This document shows positions 26,229-40,699 of a stretch of DNA of 64,000 nt, piece after piece. Position numbers and translations under genes: made by a program. Origin of the DNA: Octopus sinensis (Eukaryota); NCBI RefSeq assembly GCF_006345805.1, contig NC_042997.1, forward strand, positions 191,518,001-191,582,000. The letters run 5' to 3'. The notes under the pieces were generated by a model. That model worked only from the letters and a program-made list of their open reading frames with translations, did not search any database and was not told the origin of the DNA. Position 1 is the stretch's first letter, and each line of letters begins with the position of its first letter.

Positions 26229-28084
26229 CTGAGGGAGAAGGAAAAATTAAAGAACCATATAGAAAACAACATGTATAACGACCTTTAATTAATTACTGTG
26301 TGAAATAAGATTACAAAATAATATAAAATAAAATGTAATAAAAATAAAACATTTTCATAAACTGTTTACAATAAGAAGGAAGTTGAAAACAGCTGTCTTT
26401 ATCAATAATTTTCCATATATATATATATATACACGTTGCATATATAATGCTATGAATACCTGTGTATACACAAAATAAGAGCTATACATGTCTATGTATG
26501 CAGGTGCAAATTATTGTCATTATCATTATTATTTAATGCCCATGTTCCATGTTGGTATGGGTTGGATGGTTTGACAGGATCCAATGGGCCCTAAGACTGC
26601 ATTATGCTTCAGTGTCTGCTTTGGCCTGGTCTCTATAGCCAGATGCTCTTCCTAACTTATTTCTTTACTGCCCACAGTAATTTATTTACACACAGAGGGG
26701 GACAAACAAGGACAGACAAACGGATTAAGTCGATTATATCGACTCCAATGCGTAACTGGTACTTATTTAATCAACCCCGAAAGGATGAAAGGCAAAGTCA
26801 ACCTTGGCGGAATTTGAACTCAGAACGTAAAGACAGACGAAATACCGCTAAGCATTTCGCCCGACGTGCTAACGTTTCTGCCAGCTTGCCGCCTTTGATG
26901 CTCTTCCTAACATCAACCACTATACTGTGTGTGTGTGCATTTTATAAATTAACAAATATTATACAAACTAAATGCAAACCTTCTGTTTGCATTTAGGTTT
27001 TAATAGTGAATAAACGGCTACTAAGAATGCCATTATTTGCAATGGCAAACTGCAATTTATTATTGCATTCATATCAACCATCAATTTGTTTTTTCAAACA
27101 ACCTAATTTCACAAAGTATTTATGGCATATACATTCACATTCAGTCCTACTGCATGGGCACCTTAAGCAAGTGTCTTCAGCTATAAGCTTGCATTTTGTG
27201 TGTGTCCTTATTTTGACATTGCACAACAGTTATGAGTGTCACTGTCATACATGCAGTGTCCTTTGTTTCCAGTCTTCCACAAAAACATGTCATGGGGAAA
27301 ATATCTCACTTAGGAAGAGGTGTGCGTTAGTAACAGGAAAGGCCCTCAGGTGTAGAAAATCTGCCCCAACAAATTCCATCTGACCCATGCAAGAATGGAC
27401 ATTAAATTAGTGTGTGTGTGTGATTTGAACATAAGAAAGGTAGTAGACAAAGGAAGAAGTACTACTACTACAAAGAACACAGTTGTAGAATAAGCTTTGT
27501 GGGTATTGAAAGGTTCTGGGTTTCATCTCTGGTGGCAATCCGCAGATACACAATAACATGAATACAATCACACATATAATTATTAATATTGTCAATGCTG
27601 ACTGTATTAACCAGAGCTGCATCATTTTATGCTAACCTAAGATTAATTTTCTGTCAGTTATATGATTTCACTTTGACCTACTTCTCTCTCTTCCTCTCAC
27701 CAATTATATCATCAGCTTTTGTGCTTCCTTACTCAATTCCCTCAAATCATTCACTTCAAAATACTGCAGTGCTAATATCTTCTCACAATCTTCTCAGGGC
27801 CATTCTTATATCATTCAATTGAATCAATGCACCTAGAAGACATCATATCTATTTCACTAGTAATACATTAAATTATTTTTATATTGTTCTATATCCACCA
27901 CATTTACTGTCAGAAAACTTCATTTGATACCAGCTGTTAAACTTATCACTGGAAGAAAACCTGTCATCATATTTCATATATAATGGACTTTATTTCTGAA
28001 ATTCATTGTTAAATACAGTTGTTGTAGCTACTGTTTAGCCCCCAAGTCATACTTGATCAAGCAGATATGATAAAAAATAAGTAT

Positions 28085-28690
28085 AGTAATAAATAATGAA
28101 ATTATTGTATACAGTGCTCAGGTGCAATACAACTTGTCAAAAGTGCATATAAAGCATATGCAGTAATGTACAAATGTCTGGAAAGTGAACAGTGTATTGG
28201 TCAGATACATGCTTGCATGTGTATGGAGGGGAGGAAATCAGGTGTAGTGTTGGCGAATCTCAGGAAGCATGGAAGTTTTGAAGGATGCAGTGCTCCGACA
28301 ACTAACAACTGATGCCGGCAGTTTGTTCCATGCTTCAACAACTCTTAGCATGAAAATATGTTTCCGAAAGTCATGGGAGCTGTGCTGTTTTCTGACTTTG
28401 TAAACATGTCCATGGGTGTTAGACAGGTGGAGTTTGAAAAGGTGCTCAGAGTTATTGTTGGTAAGATGGTTAATAATTTTATGGGTGTCTGCCAAGTCAG
28501 CTGCCAGACGTCGGAGTTTCAATGCATCCATGCCCAGGGAAGTTAGGCGTTCAGAATATGGCAAATGCCTGATGGAGGGTATTCTCTTGATTGCACGTCA
28601 CTGAACGGCTTCCAGACGATTAATATCCTGGGCAAGATAGGGGTTCCAGACCGGTGATGCAAATTCCAGGTGAGGTCGCACCATAGCTAT
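28085..28690 (-). mobile_element. CR1-clade LINE 3' fragment
   Basis: VRPHLEFASPVWNPY...RLEAVQ*...LPYSERLTSLGM..LKLRR...WNKLPASVV, a typical CR1 ORF2 C-terminus, with a stop and a 3' UTR. Confidence 0.88.
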
Positions 28691-29104
28691 ATATATGTGT
28701 TTACCATGTTTGACATCCAGTGTGTCTAAGGATGGTTGGGTGTAATTTGAAGGAGATTTAGCTGCCATTTCCAACAGGTTGAGCAATCCCAGTGTAATTT
28801 TTAAGAAAATTAATTTCAAAATATTTACTGAAGACCTTAAACTGTGAAATAAAATTTCATGGTTACTTCAGTAATGATGTTAAAACTACCAAAAAGTAGA
28901 ACTGGTATTCTCTGCAAGTCATATTGCTTCAATAAACTTAACATAACTCAACAACAGAAAAAAGTTCCAGACATGACGTTCCTCAAGTGATATATAAAAC
29001 TGTTTAAGGTAATGAAATTATGAAGGACTACATCTGATTTCTGCAGTAAAAATACCCAATATGTGGGTATTGAAAGGTTCTGAGTTTCATCTCTGGTGGC
29101 AATC

Positions 29105-29281
29105 TGCTTACCAACCACATGGTTCCGGGTTCAGTTCCACTGCGTGGCACCTTGGACAAGTGGCTTCTACTATAGCCTCAGGCCGACCAAAGCCTTGTGA
29201 GTGGATTTGGTAGACAGAAACTGAAAGAAGCCCGTCGTATATATGTGTGTGTATATATATGTGTGTGTGTGGTGTGTGTAT

Positions 29282-29368
<87 letters not shown>

Positions 29369-29556
29369 TGTATCTGTGTTTGTCCCTCAACATCGCTTGA
29401 CAACCGATGCTGGTGTGTTTATGTCCCTGTAACTTAGTGGTTCAGCAAAAGAGGGCGATAGAATAAGTACCAGGCTTACAAAAAATAAGTCCTGGGGGGC
29501 GATTTCTTCGGCTTAAGGTGGTGCTCCAACATGGCCACAGTCAAATGACTGAAACT
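29105..29556 (+). mobile_element. SINE family A copy lacking its 5' head
   Basis: Starts at tgcttaccaaccacatgg; (TA)n/(TG)n core. Confidence 0.85.
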
Positions 29557-29557
29557 A

Positions 29558-31068
29558 ATAAATTGCAGTTCTTTCAAACCCTTTTGTGTAAACAGTTTTT
29601 GCAACTGAATGACAATGCCATTTCTTTTCCCTATGTTCATACTCGTATCAGCAACAGTCATCTTTACATAGTTCCAAAAATTGGATTCATCTAAACAGCT
29701 GTTATTCCTTTCACAACAGTATCAGCTCTTCTGTTTGATAATTGGAGTGTTTCTAACTTAACTTCTCCCAGCTCATTCTTTAAAACTAGCACTTTGTTAT
29801 TCTTGGTCATCAATACATTTACCATCAAAATGCAATGACCAGTTTTCTAAATAAAATGTTTTCTTCATTTTCTTTTTTAGTTTAACAGCTTCTTTGATAG
29901 TTGATCTGTAAATACCAAATTGGGAAGGAGTCTCGACATTGATTCCATCTAGGGATAACTGTCAACAAACTGTTGTTGCTTTTTGGGTTGATAGCTTGGA
30001 AGATATCACTAACTTGGTTGCAGTTCCAGTTTTTACTATACTTCCTCCTTGTTTTTGTGAATTTTTCCTCTGATTTTTCAGACTCTTGATATTCACTTTA
30101 AGTCTCTGCTTTAGATGTTGGCGATGACACTGGAGTTGCTCTGGTTGAAGTTGGCATTAAGGACACTTTTATTCTTTTGGGTGGATGGATAGTTTCAGAA
30201 CTAGCTGCCTTTCCAGTTGCATACCTAACCTGTCCCTTGCTTTCAATTTGAAGATAATATAACTTTCTATCCTCACTGCACAGCCATTCACCGTTTTCCT
30301 TTGCGATGTCAAAAATTCCTTTTAATGAATTATATTTTCCTTGAATCACACATTTATTGTAGGTATTCAGCACTTCTATTTTTGCTTGCACATTTAATTT
30401 AATTTCTTTTACCATAAAAAAGTTACTTCTTTTGAAATTTCCTTTGTTGGTATCTCCAAGGAACAGGTAGCTACTGACAATTTGAAGTTTCGTTGGTATC
30501 CTGCAGTTGTTTTCCAAAGAGTGCTTTTCTAGAGGAACAGGTCTTCTTTCCCTATGTGAGTCATGAAATTGCACGAGATTCTTCATCCAGATTTTTTTGT
30601 TTCTTTGAGTGACACAAGCACTTCTCTTATGAGATATTATTTTAGATACTCTAGTTGGATAAGCCTACTATTCTGAAAAACAGTTAAGATAGTCAGAGGT
30701 TTTAGCATCACAGAAATAAAAAAAGAGAAGAAAAGGATATTTCCTAAAGTAGGGCCTAAGTGGTAACAAATTATAAACTCTGTAACTCCTGAACTACTTA
30801 AACTTGAAAGCTAAAATTTGAGATATACTATTTCGGCATTGCATCAAGTCTGCACACCAAGTTTGGTAAAAACTTGAGTAGGCATTATAAACCCCACCTA
30901 GAATTTTGCATGATTAGGGTCAAAAGTGGTGTTAGATTTCTTCAGTTGGGAGTAACCTTTCTTAAAAAAACTTACAATAAAGGTTATTTTCCATACTTAT
31001 ACGAAATTGTTCATCGACTTGATAGAGGAATTGTTTACTTCCAAAAAAGTCAAAAAGTCATAACCCTA
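29558..31068 (-). mobile_element. Degenerate DDE DNA transposon, probably hAT-like
   Basis: Minus-strand start TAGGGTTATG. Broken frames with LENWSLHFDGK and VADTSMNIGKRNG (DTTxxNTG-like), plus the 162-aa ORF 30098-30586. Superfamily assignment is tentative. Confidence 0.6.
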
Positions 31069-32092
31069 GTATACACGAGTGTGTGTGTGATGACGCATTT
31101 GTCCCCACCACTGCTCGACAACTGAGCTGGTGTGCTTATGATCCCCGGAACTTAGTAGTTTAGCAAAAGAGACCAATACAGTAAATACTAGGCTAAAAAG
31201 AAGAACTGGGGATAATTCAATTGACTGAAATACTTCAAGGTGATGCCCCAGCATGGCCACAGTCTGAAACAAAATATGACAAAAAATTATATATATATAC
31301 ACACACACACACATATATATATAATGATGGGCTTCCACACAGTTTGTCTAGTAAATCCACCCACGAGGCATTGGTCAGCTTGGGGCTATATTAAAAAACA
31401 CATGCTCAAGGTTCTTCCCAGTAGGACTGAACCTGAAACCACATGGTTACAAAGTGAAGTTTTCAACAGCACAGCCATGCTTATGCCTATTACGAGGCAA
31501 ATAGGAGATGAAATTCACTGGGCTTTTTTTTTTTTTTATAGCTATTTCATGCAGTTAAAACTAAGAGATAGTGTAGTTTTAAAGAGAGAAATGCATTTAT
31601 TGAATGTAACAGTGCAGCAAACAGATAAATGTTCAATAGAAAACGATAATATTTCTATTTCAAGCAGATTAACGACAACATTAAGAAATTTTTAAATAGC
31701 TTTATAAAACAGATTTAGATTTTATGTAATATGTTTTTCACATCTGAAAAAGAGTAAAAAGAATGATGACACCATTTCAACTGCTGAGGTGTTGGTTCAC
31801 ATTCATTACAAAGTTATTTTAACCAATCAGGAATTTTAATCAATTGAGGATTTTAACCAACCAGAAATAAGTACTGTATTTTCTGGCACACAAGTCAACA
31901 TAGAATATAGTATAAACATACAGTGTAAACATTCAAACGTCATCCTGTGGCATTTCACAGGGAATTTTTGGTCCTCCAAAGTCATCTTGGCATAGTACTC
32001 AATCTAGCTTTTCTTGGCAGTAAATTTTGGTCTGAAAAATTTGACTTGTATGTCTGGAAATTTGATAGTCTGTGAGCCATTTCCAGGATTTT

Positions 32093-32318
32093 TAACCCTT
32101 TAGTGTTCAGATTAATCTGTTAAATGTAATACTTTTTTCACTCAAATTATTTTCAATTAATCACATTATCTTATAGCTTTGAAGTTTCAATGGTGTGATA
32201 GTTTAATCTTAGAATGTCAATGTAGGTTAGGTGTGAGGGGCTAGATATGGCCAGTTTGAATGTAAAACATGAAGGATATTTGGGCCGGATATGGCCAGCT
32301 TAAACATAAAAGGGTTAA
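32093..32318 (-). mobile_element. TTAA MITE, same family
   Basis: ttaaccctttagtg...aaagggttaa; other copies at 1-184, 14122-14665 (interrupted), 43616-46865 (interrupted) and about 47810-47948. Confidence 0.8.
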
Positions 32319-35300
32319 AGAGAAGCCAAACTGTTCACAGATCACTCCTTTTGGCCCTCCATTCACTTGACACAGAACAGATTCAATGCTCTTGCTATCT
32401 GCATCAAATCATATGATACATTAAGTTGAGCAAAAAAGAATCCTTTGCAATTCGTATTTTGATCAGTTTGAAAAAAACATGTTAATTTCTCTTTCTTCTA
32501 CCATTGTGCCATGATCCACTAATTCACATGATGTACTAAACATGAAACTATGAAACTGAAAATTTTCTTAACACAATTCACTTTGTAAAACAAATATGTG
32601 TGTGTGTGTGTGTCTGTGCACGTGCATGTGATCATTTAATGTCCATTTTCCCATGCTCACACAGGACAGATGAGGTTTTGTTGAGGCATTTTCTACAGCC
32701 TGATGCTCTGTCACAAATATGTACGTGTGTGATCATTTAATGTCTGCTTTTCTATGCTCACACAGGACAGATGTGATTTTGTAGAGGCATATTTTCTACA
32801 GCCAGATGCCCTTCCCGTCACCAATCCTCACATATTTTCAGGTAAGATAACATTTTCCCAAGGTCAGACCTGGAAAAAAGAGCTTCACTTTATGGCGATA
32901 ATACTCACTGACAATTGTCACCAAATGCCTAAACAAGGGTACACACAAACATAACATACCCATAAATACGTATGCATGCATGTATGTTCACATACAATAC
33001 ACTTCTTCCATTTTCTGTCTACCAAATCTACTCACAAGGCTTTGGATGACCCAGAGCTATAGTAGAAGGCACTTACCCAAGGTGTTATGCAGTGAGACTG
33101 AACCTGAGACCATGTGGTTGGAAAACAAACTTCTTAACCACACAACTAAGTTTGTGTCTACCAACCTAAATAAAACACAGATATATCACACATACACACA
33201 CACACACACAAAATTATATCATGAAACCTCTGAAGATATTCTGTAATTCTAAATCTAGCATTAAGGGTTTTATCAGTTATAAAATTTCGGGCTTTGTGCC
33301 TAGAGTAGAAAAGAATCAATGTGAACAGTGTGTGACAAAGTTGTACCTTTGAATTACAGATATATACAATCTGTCTTATGGGTTTCTTTATTGTTTCTGT
33401 CTACCCAATTTCACTCACAAAATATGGGTCAACCAGAGACCATAAAAAATGGCATTTGCCCAAAATGCCATGCAGTGGGATCGAACCTGGGACCTCATAA
33501 CTGCAAAATAAACTTCTTGACCATTCAGTCATATGGTGCCTATCTTAGTAGATTATAAACTATGCCAATACATGCTTTTGGTGCCAGCAAAAGACATTGG
33601 GCCATATATCGATCATACCAATATAAATTAAAACATTATCGTCCATTAATATTAGCACTATAGTAATAATATGATTCATAAATACAGGACAAAAAAAAAA
33701 TTGATACAATGTTTCATAATTTTTTTCTCCAGTTAATGAGTTGAATTTTGATATCATAAGGTGATATTTATTACTTAGGCCTCTTTTTCCATGAGGACCA
33801 TGAAATCCTGGCTTTTTTTTTTTTTTTTTTTTTTCTCTTATTTTCAATTTAAAGAGCTAATTTGAAGAAATAATCTAATACAGAAAACGGAAAGAATCTG
33901 TAATTAAAATCTGGCCAACTGTAAGTGAGAATATAAAAGACTAAAAGGTGAAAAGAAAAAAAAAAACACAAAAAAAAACCCATTTTATTTTAAATTTTAT
34001 AATTGGCTGTACTTTAATCAATCTCGAAGTAACATTTGAGAAAATGTTTGGAAATCGTTTGGGGGATAATTTAATCAGTAAATCTATTCAAATAAAATTT
34101 CAGATGAACGATACGACGCAATTTAAAAGGCAATTTCAACAGTATTAACCTTTTGTTAGTTGCCAATTAATTAGGTTCAAATGCATCTGAAAAAAGTGCT
34201 GTCTGGCCACCAGTAAGTAAAACTCATGATCTTGGTTCATACCCTGTGGTTTCAAATGAGACTAAATTTAGCCTCGAGGAACACACATCATCATTTTAAT
34301 GTCCACTTTTCTGTGGTTGGACAGGTCAAATGGGATTTGTTGATGCAGATTTTCTACAGCCACCAACTTTCACCTATAATATTTTCCTCCTGTTTTTCAC
34401 AAGACTGGAAACAAACAACCTCATTCATTTACAACCATCATATGATGTCTAAACAAAAATATACACAGTCACACATGCATACAAACAGGTAAACAGCAAG
34501 CTTCACTCAGTTTCGGTCTGTTGAATTCACTCACAAGGCTTTGGTCAACCTCAAGCTATAGAAGGGGACACATGAAGGCGGCGAGCTGGCAGAACTGTTA
34601 GCACGCCAGGCGAAATGCGTAGCCGTATTTCGTCTACCGTTACGTTCCGAGTTCAAATTCCGCCGAGGTCGACTTTGCCTTTCATCCTTTCGGGGTCGAT
34701 AAATTAAGTACCAGTTACGCACTGGGGTCGATATAATCGACTTAAATTCGTTTGTCTGTCCTTGTTTGTCCCCTCTATGTTTAGCCCCTTGTGGGTAGTA
34801 AAGAAACATATAGAAGGGGACACATGCCCATGGTGTCATACAGTGGAACTGAATCCAAGCTTCTCAACCACACAGCCATGTGTGCACTTACAGTGTATGT
34901 ACACACACACACAGAGGTTTTGGGTTCAATCCTGCTGCATGGCAAGGGGACTGAATCCATGCCTTGTGAGTGAATTTGGTAAACAGAAACTGTGTGGAAG
35001 TCGGTTGTCTATATATATGTGTCTTTGTATCTGTCCTCCCCACCATCACTTCAACAACTTGTGTTAGTTTGTTTACATCCCTATAACTTAGCAGGCTGAC
35101 AATAAGCACCAGACATCAAAAAAAAAAAAAAAAATTAAGTACTGGGGTCAATGTGTTCAACTGAAACCCTTGAAGGTGGTGCCCCAGCATGGCCATAGTC
35201 CACAGACTGACACAAGTAATAAACATTTATATATTTTAGTAACCATGGAAATTTCTTCCAGTGATTAATCAAAAGAACATTTTACAATTGTTATTAATAA

Positions 35301-36465
35301 CTTCAAGTACGCTAATTTAACATAGCTAATTTGTATGATATTTGTGTTGCACATTTTTTACAGGAAAATATATCTGATGAGACAAATATTATACGCTAGA
35401 AGACATATGAATCATCAACTTAATGGAAAATGGTATGATACAATACAATGAATTAAAGCCTTTTCTAGGATGTATGACCGTGACTGGAAATAAATCCTAC
35501 ATATGATCTATATTAGCCCACACATCTTTTATACTACAGAGTGAAATGAGATTTTTTTTTTCTTAAGAAAATGTTTTGAACATTTAAACACATTTACATT
35601 CATCATCATCATCGTTTAATGTCCGCTTTCCATGCTAGCATGGGTTGGACAATTTGACTGAGGGCTGGCGAACCAGATGGCTGCACCAGGCTCCAATCTT
35701 GATCTGGCAGAGTTTCTACAGCTGGATGTCCTTCCTAACACCAACCACTCTGAGAGTGTAGTGGGTGCTTTTACGTGCCACTAGCACAGGGGCCAGTCAG
35801 GCGGTACTGGCAATGACCTCGCTTGAATCTTTTTACACATGCCACTGGCACAGGTGCCAGTAAGGTGATGCTGGTAACGATCACGCTCGAATGGTACCTT
35901 TTACATGCCACTGGCACGGAAGCCAGTTAGCCGCTCTAGCAACGATCATGCTCGGATGGTGCTCTTAGCACCCTACTAGCAGTTCATTCTTGCCTGGATC
36001 AGACAGAAATTGTTGAGACAGGTTTTCTATGACTGGATGCTTTTCCTGTTGTCAACTCTCACCTGTTTCCAAGCAAGATAATATTTCCCCCATGGCGAGA
36101 CATGTTTTTCATGGACGACTGGGAACATCATCTTTTGTATGACACACACACATTTCTTTTCAGTCTCCATACCAAATCTATCCACAGGGCTTTGGTCAAC
36201 CCAGAGCTATAATAATAGATACTAATCTAAGATGCTGCACAACACTTTTCACACAGTGACACAAATGAGCATACATGCATGTGCACACATATGCACATAA
36301 AACAGGCTTTGAACAGTTTTCATTCATCAAATATATTCACAAGGTTTTGGTTGACCAGGGGCTATAGCATAAGATATACAGTGTGACTGAGCCCAAAACC
36401 ACATGGCTAAGAAGTAGACTTCTTAGCCACACTGTCATGTCACTATGTATGTGTGTTAGTATTTT

Positions 36466-36630
36466 TAGGAAGTTAAAATTTATGGCTGGTCATAGAGTGA
36501 TAATTGGTTTCCCACCTATAAAGCACTTAGCTGTATAGGCAACTCATCAGAAGTTGCCTATACAACTAAGTGCTTTATAGGTGGGAAACCAATGGTCACT
36601 CTATGACCAGCCATAACTTTTAACTTCCTA
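36466..36630. repeat. 79-bp-stem inverted repeat with 7-nt loop
   Basis: Arms 36466-36544 and 36552-36630 with few mismatches. Confidence 0.93.
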
Positions 36631-36693
36631 TAAAATATATTACTGTTCTAAGGCTTCAGAGTGTGTTTCTTTTCTTGGATACAAGAACTTCTG

Positions 36694-36741
<48 letters not shown>

Positions 36742-36786
36742 CAATAATAAATCTCTGAACGAGGTATAAACAGTAGCTGCATGACA

Positions 36787-36960
36787 ATGTGAAGTATATT
36801 TGCCACGTAAATGTGGCTAACCACTAAGGGTGGATGCTACTGTAGCTTGTAGCCCCATTTCAGTCTTAACTGATATAATGATGTTCTCTTAGGGCTACAA
36901 GCTACAGTAGCATCCACCCTTAGTGGTTAGCCACATTTACGTGGCAAATATACTTCACAT
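36787..36960. repeat. Perfect 69-bp inverted repeat with 36-nt spacer
   Basis: Arms 36787-36855 and 36892-36960 are exact reverse complements by manual comparison. Confidence 0.93.
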
Positions 36961-39900
36961 ATATATATATATATATATATATATTCAAGCAAAGAACAGA
37001 AATTATTCTGTATTTATGGCTGAACATTTTACTGAAACTGAAAAAAATTTACGTATTGGAAAGTTTTTATTTCTGAAAGGTATTTGCAAATGTCTTTACA
37101 ATCTGCTGCAGGCGCAAGGAGAAAGCAAGCTTATTCTTCCGTTCAGGGTTTTTGGTTTGTAAGAGAAGTCACAAGGTTTAAAGAAGCAAAAAACAAAATG
37201 GATTTATTTTACATGTTTTAAATAATTTTTATGAAATCATTGGAAATTCATTTCCTTTGTGAGGTTTTTCTTTAAAGAACCTGCATTTTTGTTGCACAAA
37301 ATAAAATAAAAGGAAATAATTTGAGTATTTTCTGAAAAGGAATCAATTTTTATGCACAATCTTGATTCTGTAGCTAGACCTGAATGATGTAGTTAATGGA
37401 ATTTTGAAAATAGCAATTCCATTACATCAGTTAAGACTGAAATGGGATTTTAAAAATATAATACGATTCAAAATTTGTTTATAAAATGAGCTAACAGGTG
37501 GTCCTTCTTCCTGAAAAAATTTACTGGTGAGATTTTAGATAGAATATGAAAAAGAAGAAAAACATTTCCTTTCAATTAACATTTTATATTTTTACAAATA
37601 GAGTTTAAATAAAAATTTACAACATCTAATAGTATCCTACATAGTAATCTATGAGTTACAATCTTACCAGTGCCCCAATCTATCCCTCCCACAGTCCACT
37701 ACTCCAATCCTGCAAACCTATTATTACCACAGTCAACCGGCCTATCCTCAACAAAAGCCACCAATCCATTCCCAGAGTAATTATTGCACCAATTTCTCTG
37801 GGATGCCTTTGGCATAAAAAGCCAATAGTTAAGTGGGGTCAGCATACTTAATGTAGTGATACTTTGATAAAGAATAATTCAGTAAAGTAAATTTTTCTTT
37901 CCACCTATGCAAATATAGAAGGTAGATGTTTGAAGGATAATATGTGTATGCACCAGTGCATGTGTATGCACCAGTATAATATCTATACTATCTCACTGCA
38001 TGTCATTAAGAGGCGACAAAATGTTTTGGCATCAAGAAGTGTATTCGGTCATAAAAATACTGCCTCCGAAAGTCCTAACTCACACCAGCTTGATGAAGTA
38101 ACCATAAAAACAATGACATTACACCAGATTAAAAACCAATCTCATAGAGTTATGTCCTGTAACTTAGTGGTTTGACAAATAGCAATCAACAAAATAAGTA
38201 TCAGATTGAAGTAAATATTGGTGCTGATATGATTAACTAAAATCTTTCAAGATGGTGTACTCGCGTGGCTGCAATCTGATGACCGAAACCAATAAAATAA
38301 CTAAATCAAAAGGAGATGAAAGAAAAAAGCCAGCTAATATCTGAGTAGTAAGAAGATTGTTTTTCAACTACATGGTTCCAAGTTCAGTCCCATTGCATGG
38401 CACCTTGGGCAAGTGTCTTCTACTATAGCCTCAGGCTGATCAAAACCTTGTGAGTAGATTTGGTAGACAGAAACTGAAAGAAGCCCATTGCATGTGTATG
38501 TGTCTGTCCCTCACCACCACTTGACAACCAGTGTTGGTGTGTTTACATCCATGTAACTTAGCAGTTCAGTAAAAGAAACCAATAGCATAAGTACTAGGCT
38601 TTAAAAAAAAAAGTTCTGGTGTAGATTCGTTCACTTAAAAATGTGTCATGGTGATGCCCCAGTATGGATGCAGTCTAATGGTTGAAACAAGATAGAAGAT
38701 AGAGCTGGCAGAAACATTAGTACGCCGGGTGAAATGCTTAGCGGTATTTCGTCTGCCGCTACTTTCTGAGTTCAAATTCCGCCGAGGTTGACTTTGCCTT
38801 TCATCCTTTCGGAGTCGATTAAGTAAGTACCAGTTACGCACTGGTGTCGATATAATTGACTTAATCTGTTTGTCTGTCCTTGTTTGTCCTCTCTGTGTTT
38901 ATCCCCTTGTGGGTAGTAAAGAAATAGGTATTTCGTCTATTGCTATGTTCTGGGTTCAAATCCCGCCAAGGTTGACTTTGCCTTTCATCCTTTCGGGGTC
39001 GATAAATTAAATACTAGTTACGCACTTAATCCTTTTGTCCTTGTTTGTCCCCTCTATGTTTAGTCCCTTGTGGGCAATAAAGAAATAAGATATATAAAAA
39101 ATGGACAGAAACAATGGGTCATATACATTTAATATAGAGCTGTTTCAGATATGCATTTGGTGCATTCATGACTCAATTTTATCAATCAAGTGATTGATTG
39201 ACAGAAAATATATGGAACAACCCTCATGATATATATTCCTGCTTGTGGATATCCTCTCACGAGTAACCAAAGTGATAGAGAAGGTAGATAGGTAAATAGT
39301 TATGTCTTGTAGGCTGTTTCCCTATGGCATGCAAGTTGAACTTGCACTTTTTCAACCTGGGTTGTTTACTGACAAACAACAATAACACAAGACAGTTATT
39401 TACTAAAAAATACTTGTCAATGTTAGTAAATTAGTAGAAGACTCCTCAGTCTGAATATTTCAAAAAGTGGACAGCAATTAACATTTTTGTTTGTAGCTAT
39501 GGACTTAGATGTGAAAATGATAGATAAACACGCATGTAATTGAAACACACTTAGCTAAAAAAAAGCAAAATAAACTTCATTATTTCACTTAACAAAGGCG
39601 GTGAGCTGGCAGAATTGTTAGCGCGCCAGATAAAATGTTTGGCAGCATTTCTCCCAATTCTTTACATTCTGAATTCAAATGCTCCGCCAAAGTTGATTTT
39701 TGCCTTTCGTCCTTTTGGTGTTGATAAAATATGAACCAGTTGAGAATGGGATAAGGGCAGGGTGGGGGTGGGCAATCTGATTGACCTCTCCCTCTCCTCA
39801 AAATTGCTGGCCTTGTACTGAGATTAGAAAAGATTACTTTACTTCACATCTATTTCGCCGTAGTCGGACAGCAATGGCTTGGCTTACTAAGTTACTACTT

Positions 39901-40699
39901 ACAGGTTAGATGTTCAGGACAACTTAGGGTCTTGGAATGACACTTATTTTCTTCCATGTGTCCTATTATTTATTTATCACTGATTCATTTAACATGGTGT
40001 TCATTTTTTCACTTTTTCCCTCTATTTTTTTAACCAAACATCTATGATCAATAATTGAGATATACAAAAAGAGATCAATTATATAATGACCAACTGCTAA
40101 ATATTTTTTTCCTTTGCCAAGGGTGGAAGTATATTAAATATAAGATCAGTTACTGATATTTAAACTGAAGGCCAAGAATCACTGAATTTCTATAAAATAC
40201 TTAACCTAGTGCTTTACCATCTGCACTGCTCCAACAAATTTTAAAGAATGAATTATGAATAAGATGACTACCAAAGAAGGGCAAAAATTAGACTGGCAAA
40301 ATTAAATAAAGGCACTATCAGATAAGGTAAATATACACATATAGCATCCAGAAAGTGTTACTGGATTTTGGTGAAAATGAGAAACCTATTAGTATTCACA
40401 TACACACACAGTAATACCTTGATTAGGGTTCTAGATATGTGCAAAATGAAACAGTGTGACACAAGATCAATATAATATAGCATAGAGAGATGAACTTGAT
40501 AGGTCATTTTTAATAGTAATATGAACATAACTGAAGGCAATAGACATAGCCAAACAACTGAAAAATTCAGACTTGTCACATCATCCAAAACATACAATTT
40601 AAGGTAGCCTCAGATAATACAGCATACACCTATGATGATAAAAAAATCACTCAAGTTTAATTAAGATCAAATGAAATATTCTGAAACAGGTTGATCAAC

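Noticed and set aside
30098-30586. 162-aa ORF as a nested host gene
   Set aside because: It is continuous with broken transposase-like frames and a TAGGG terminus; a transposon relic.
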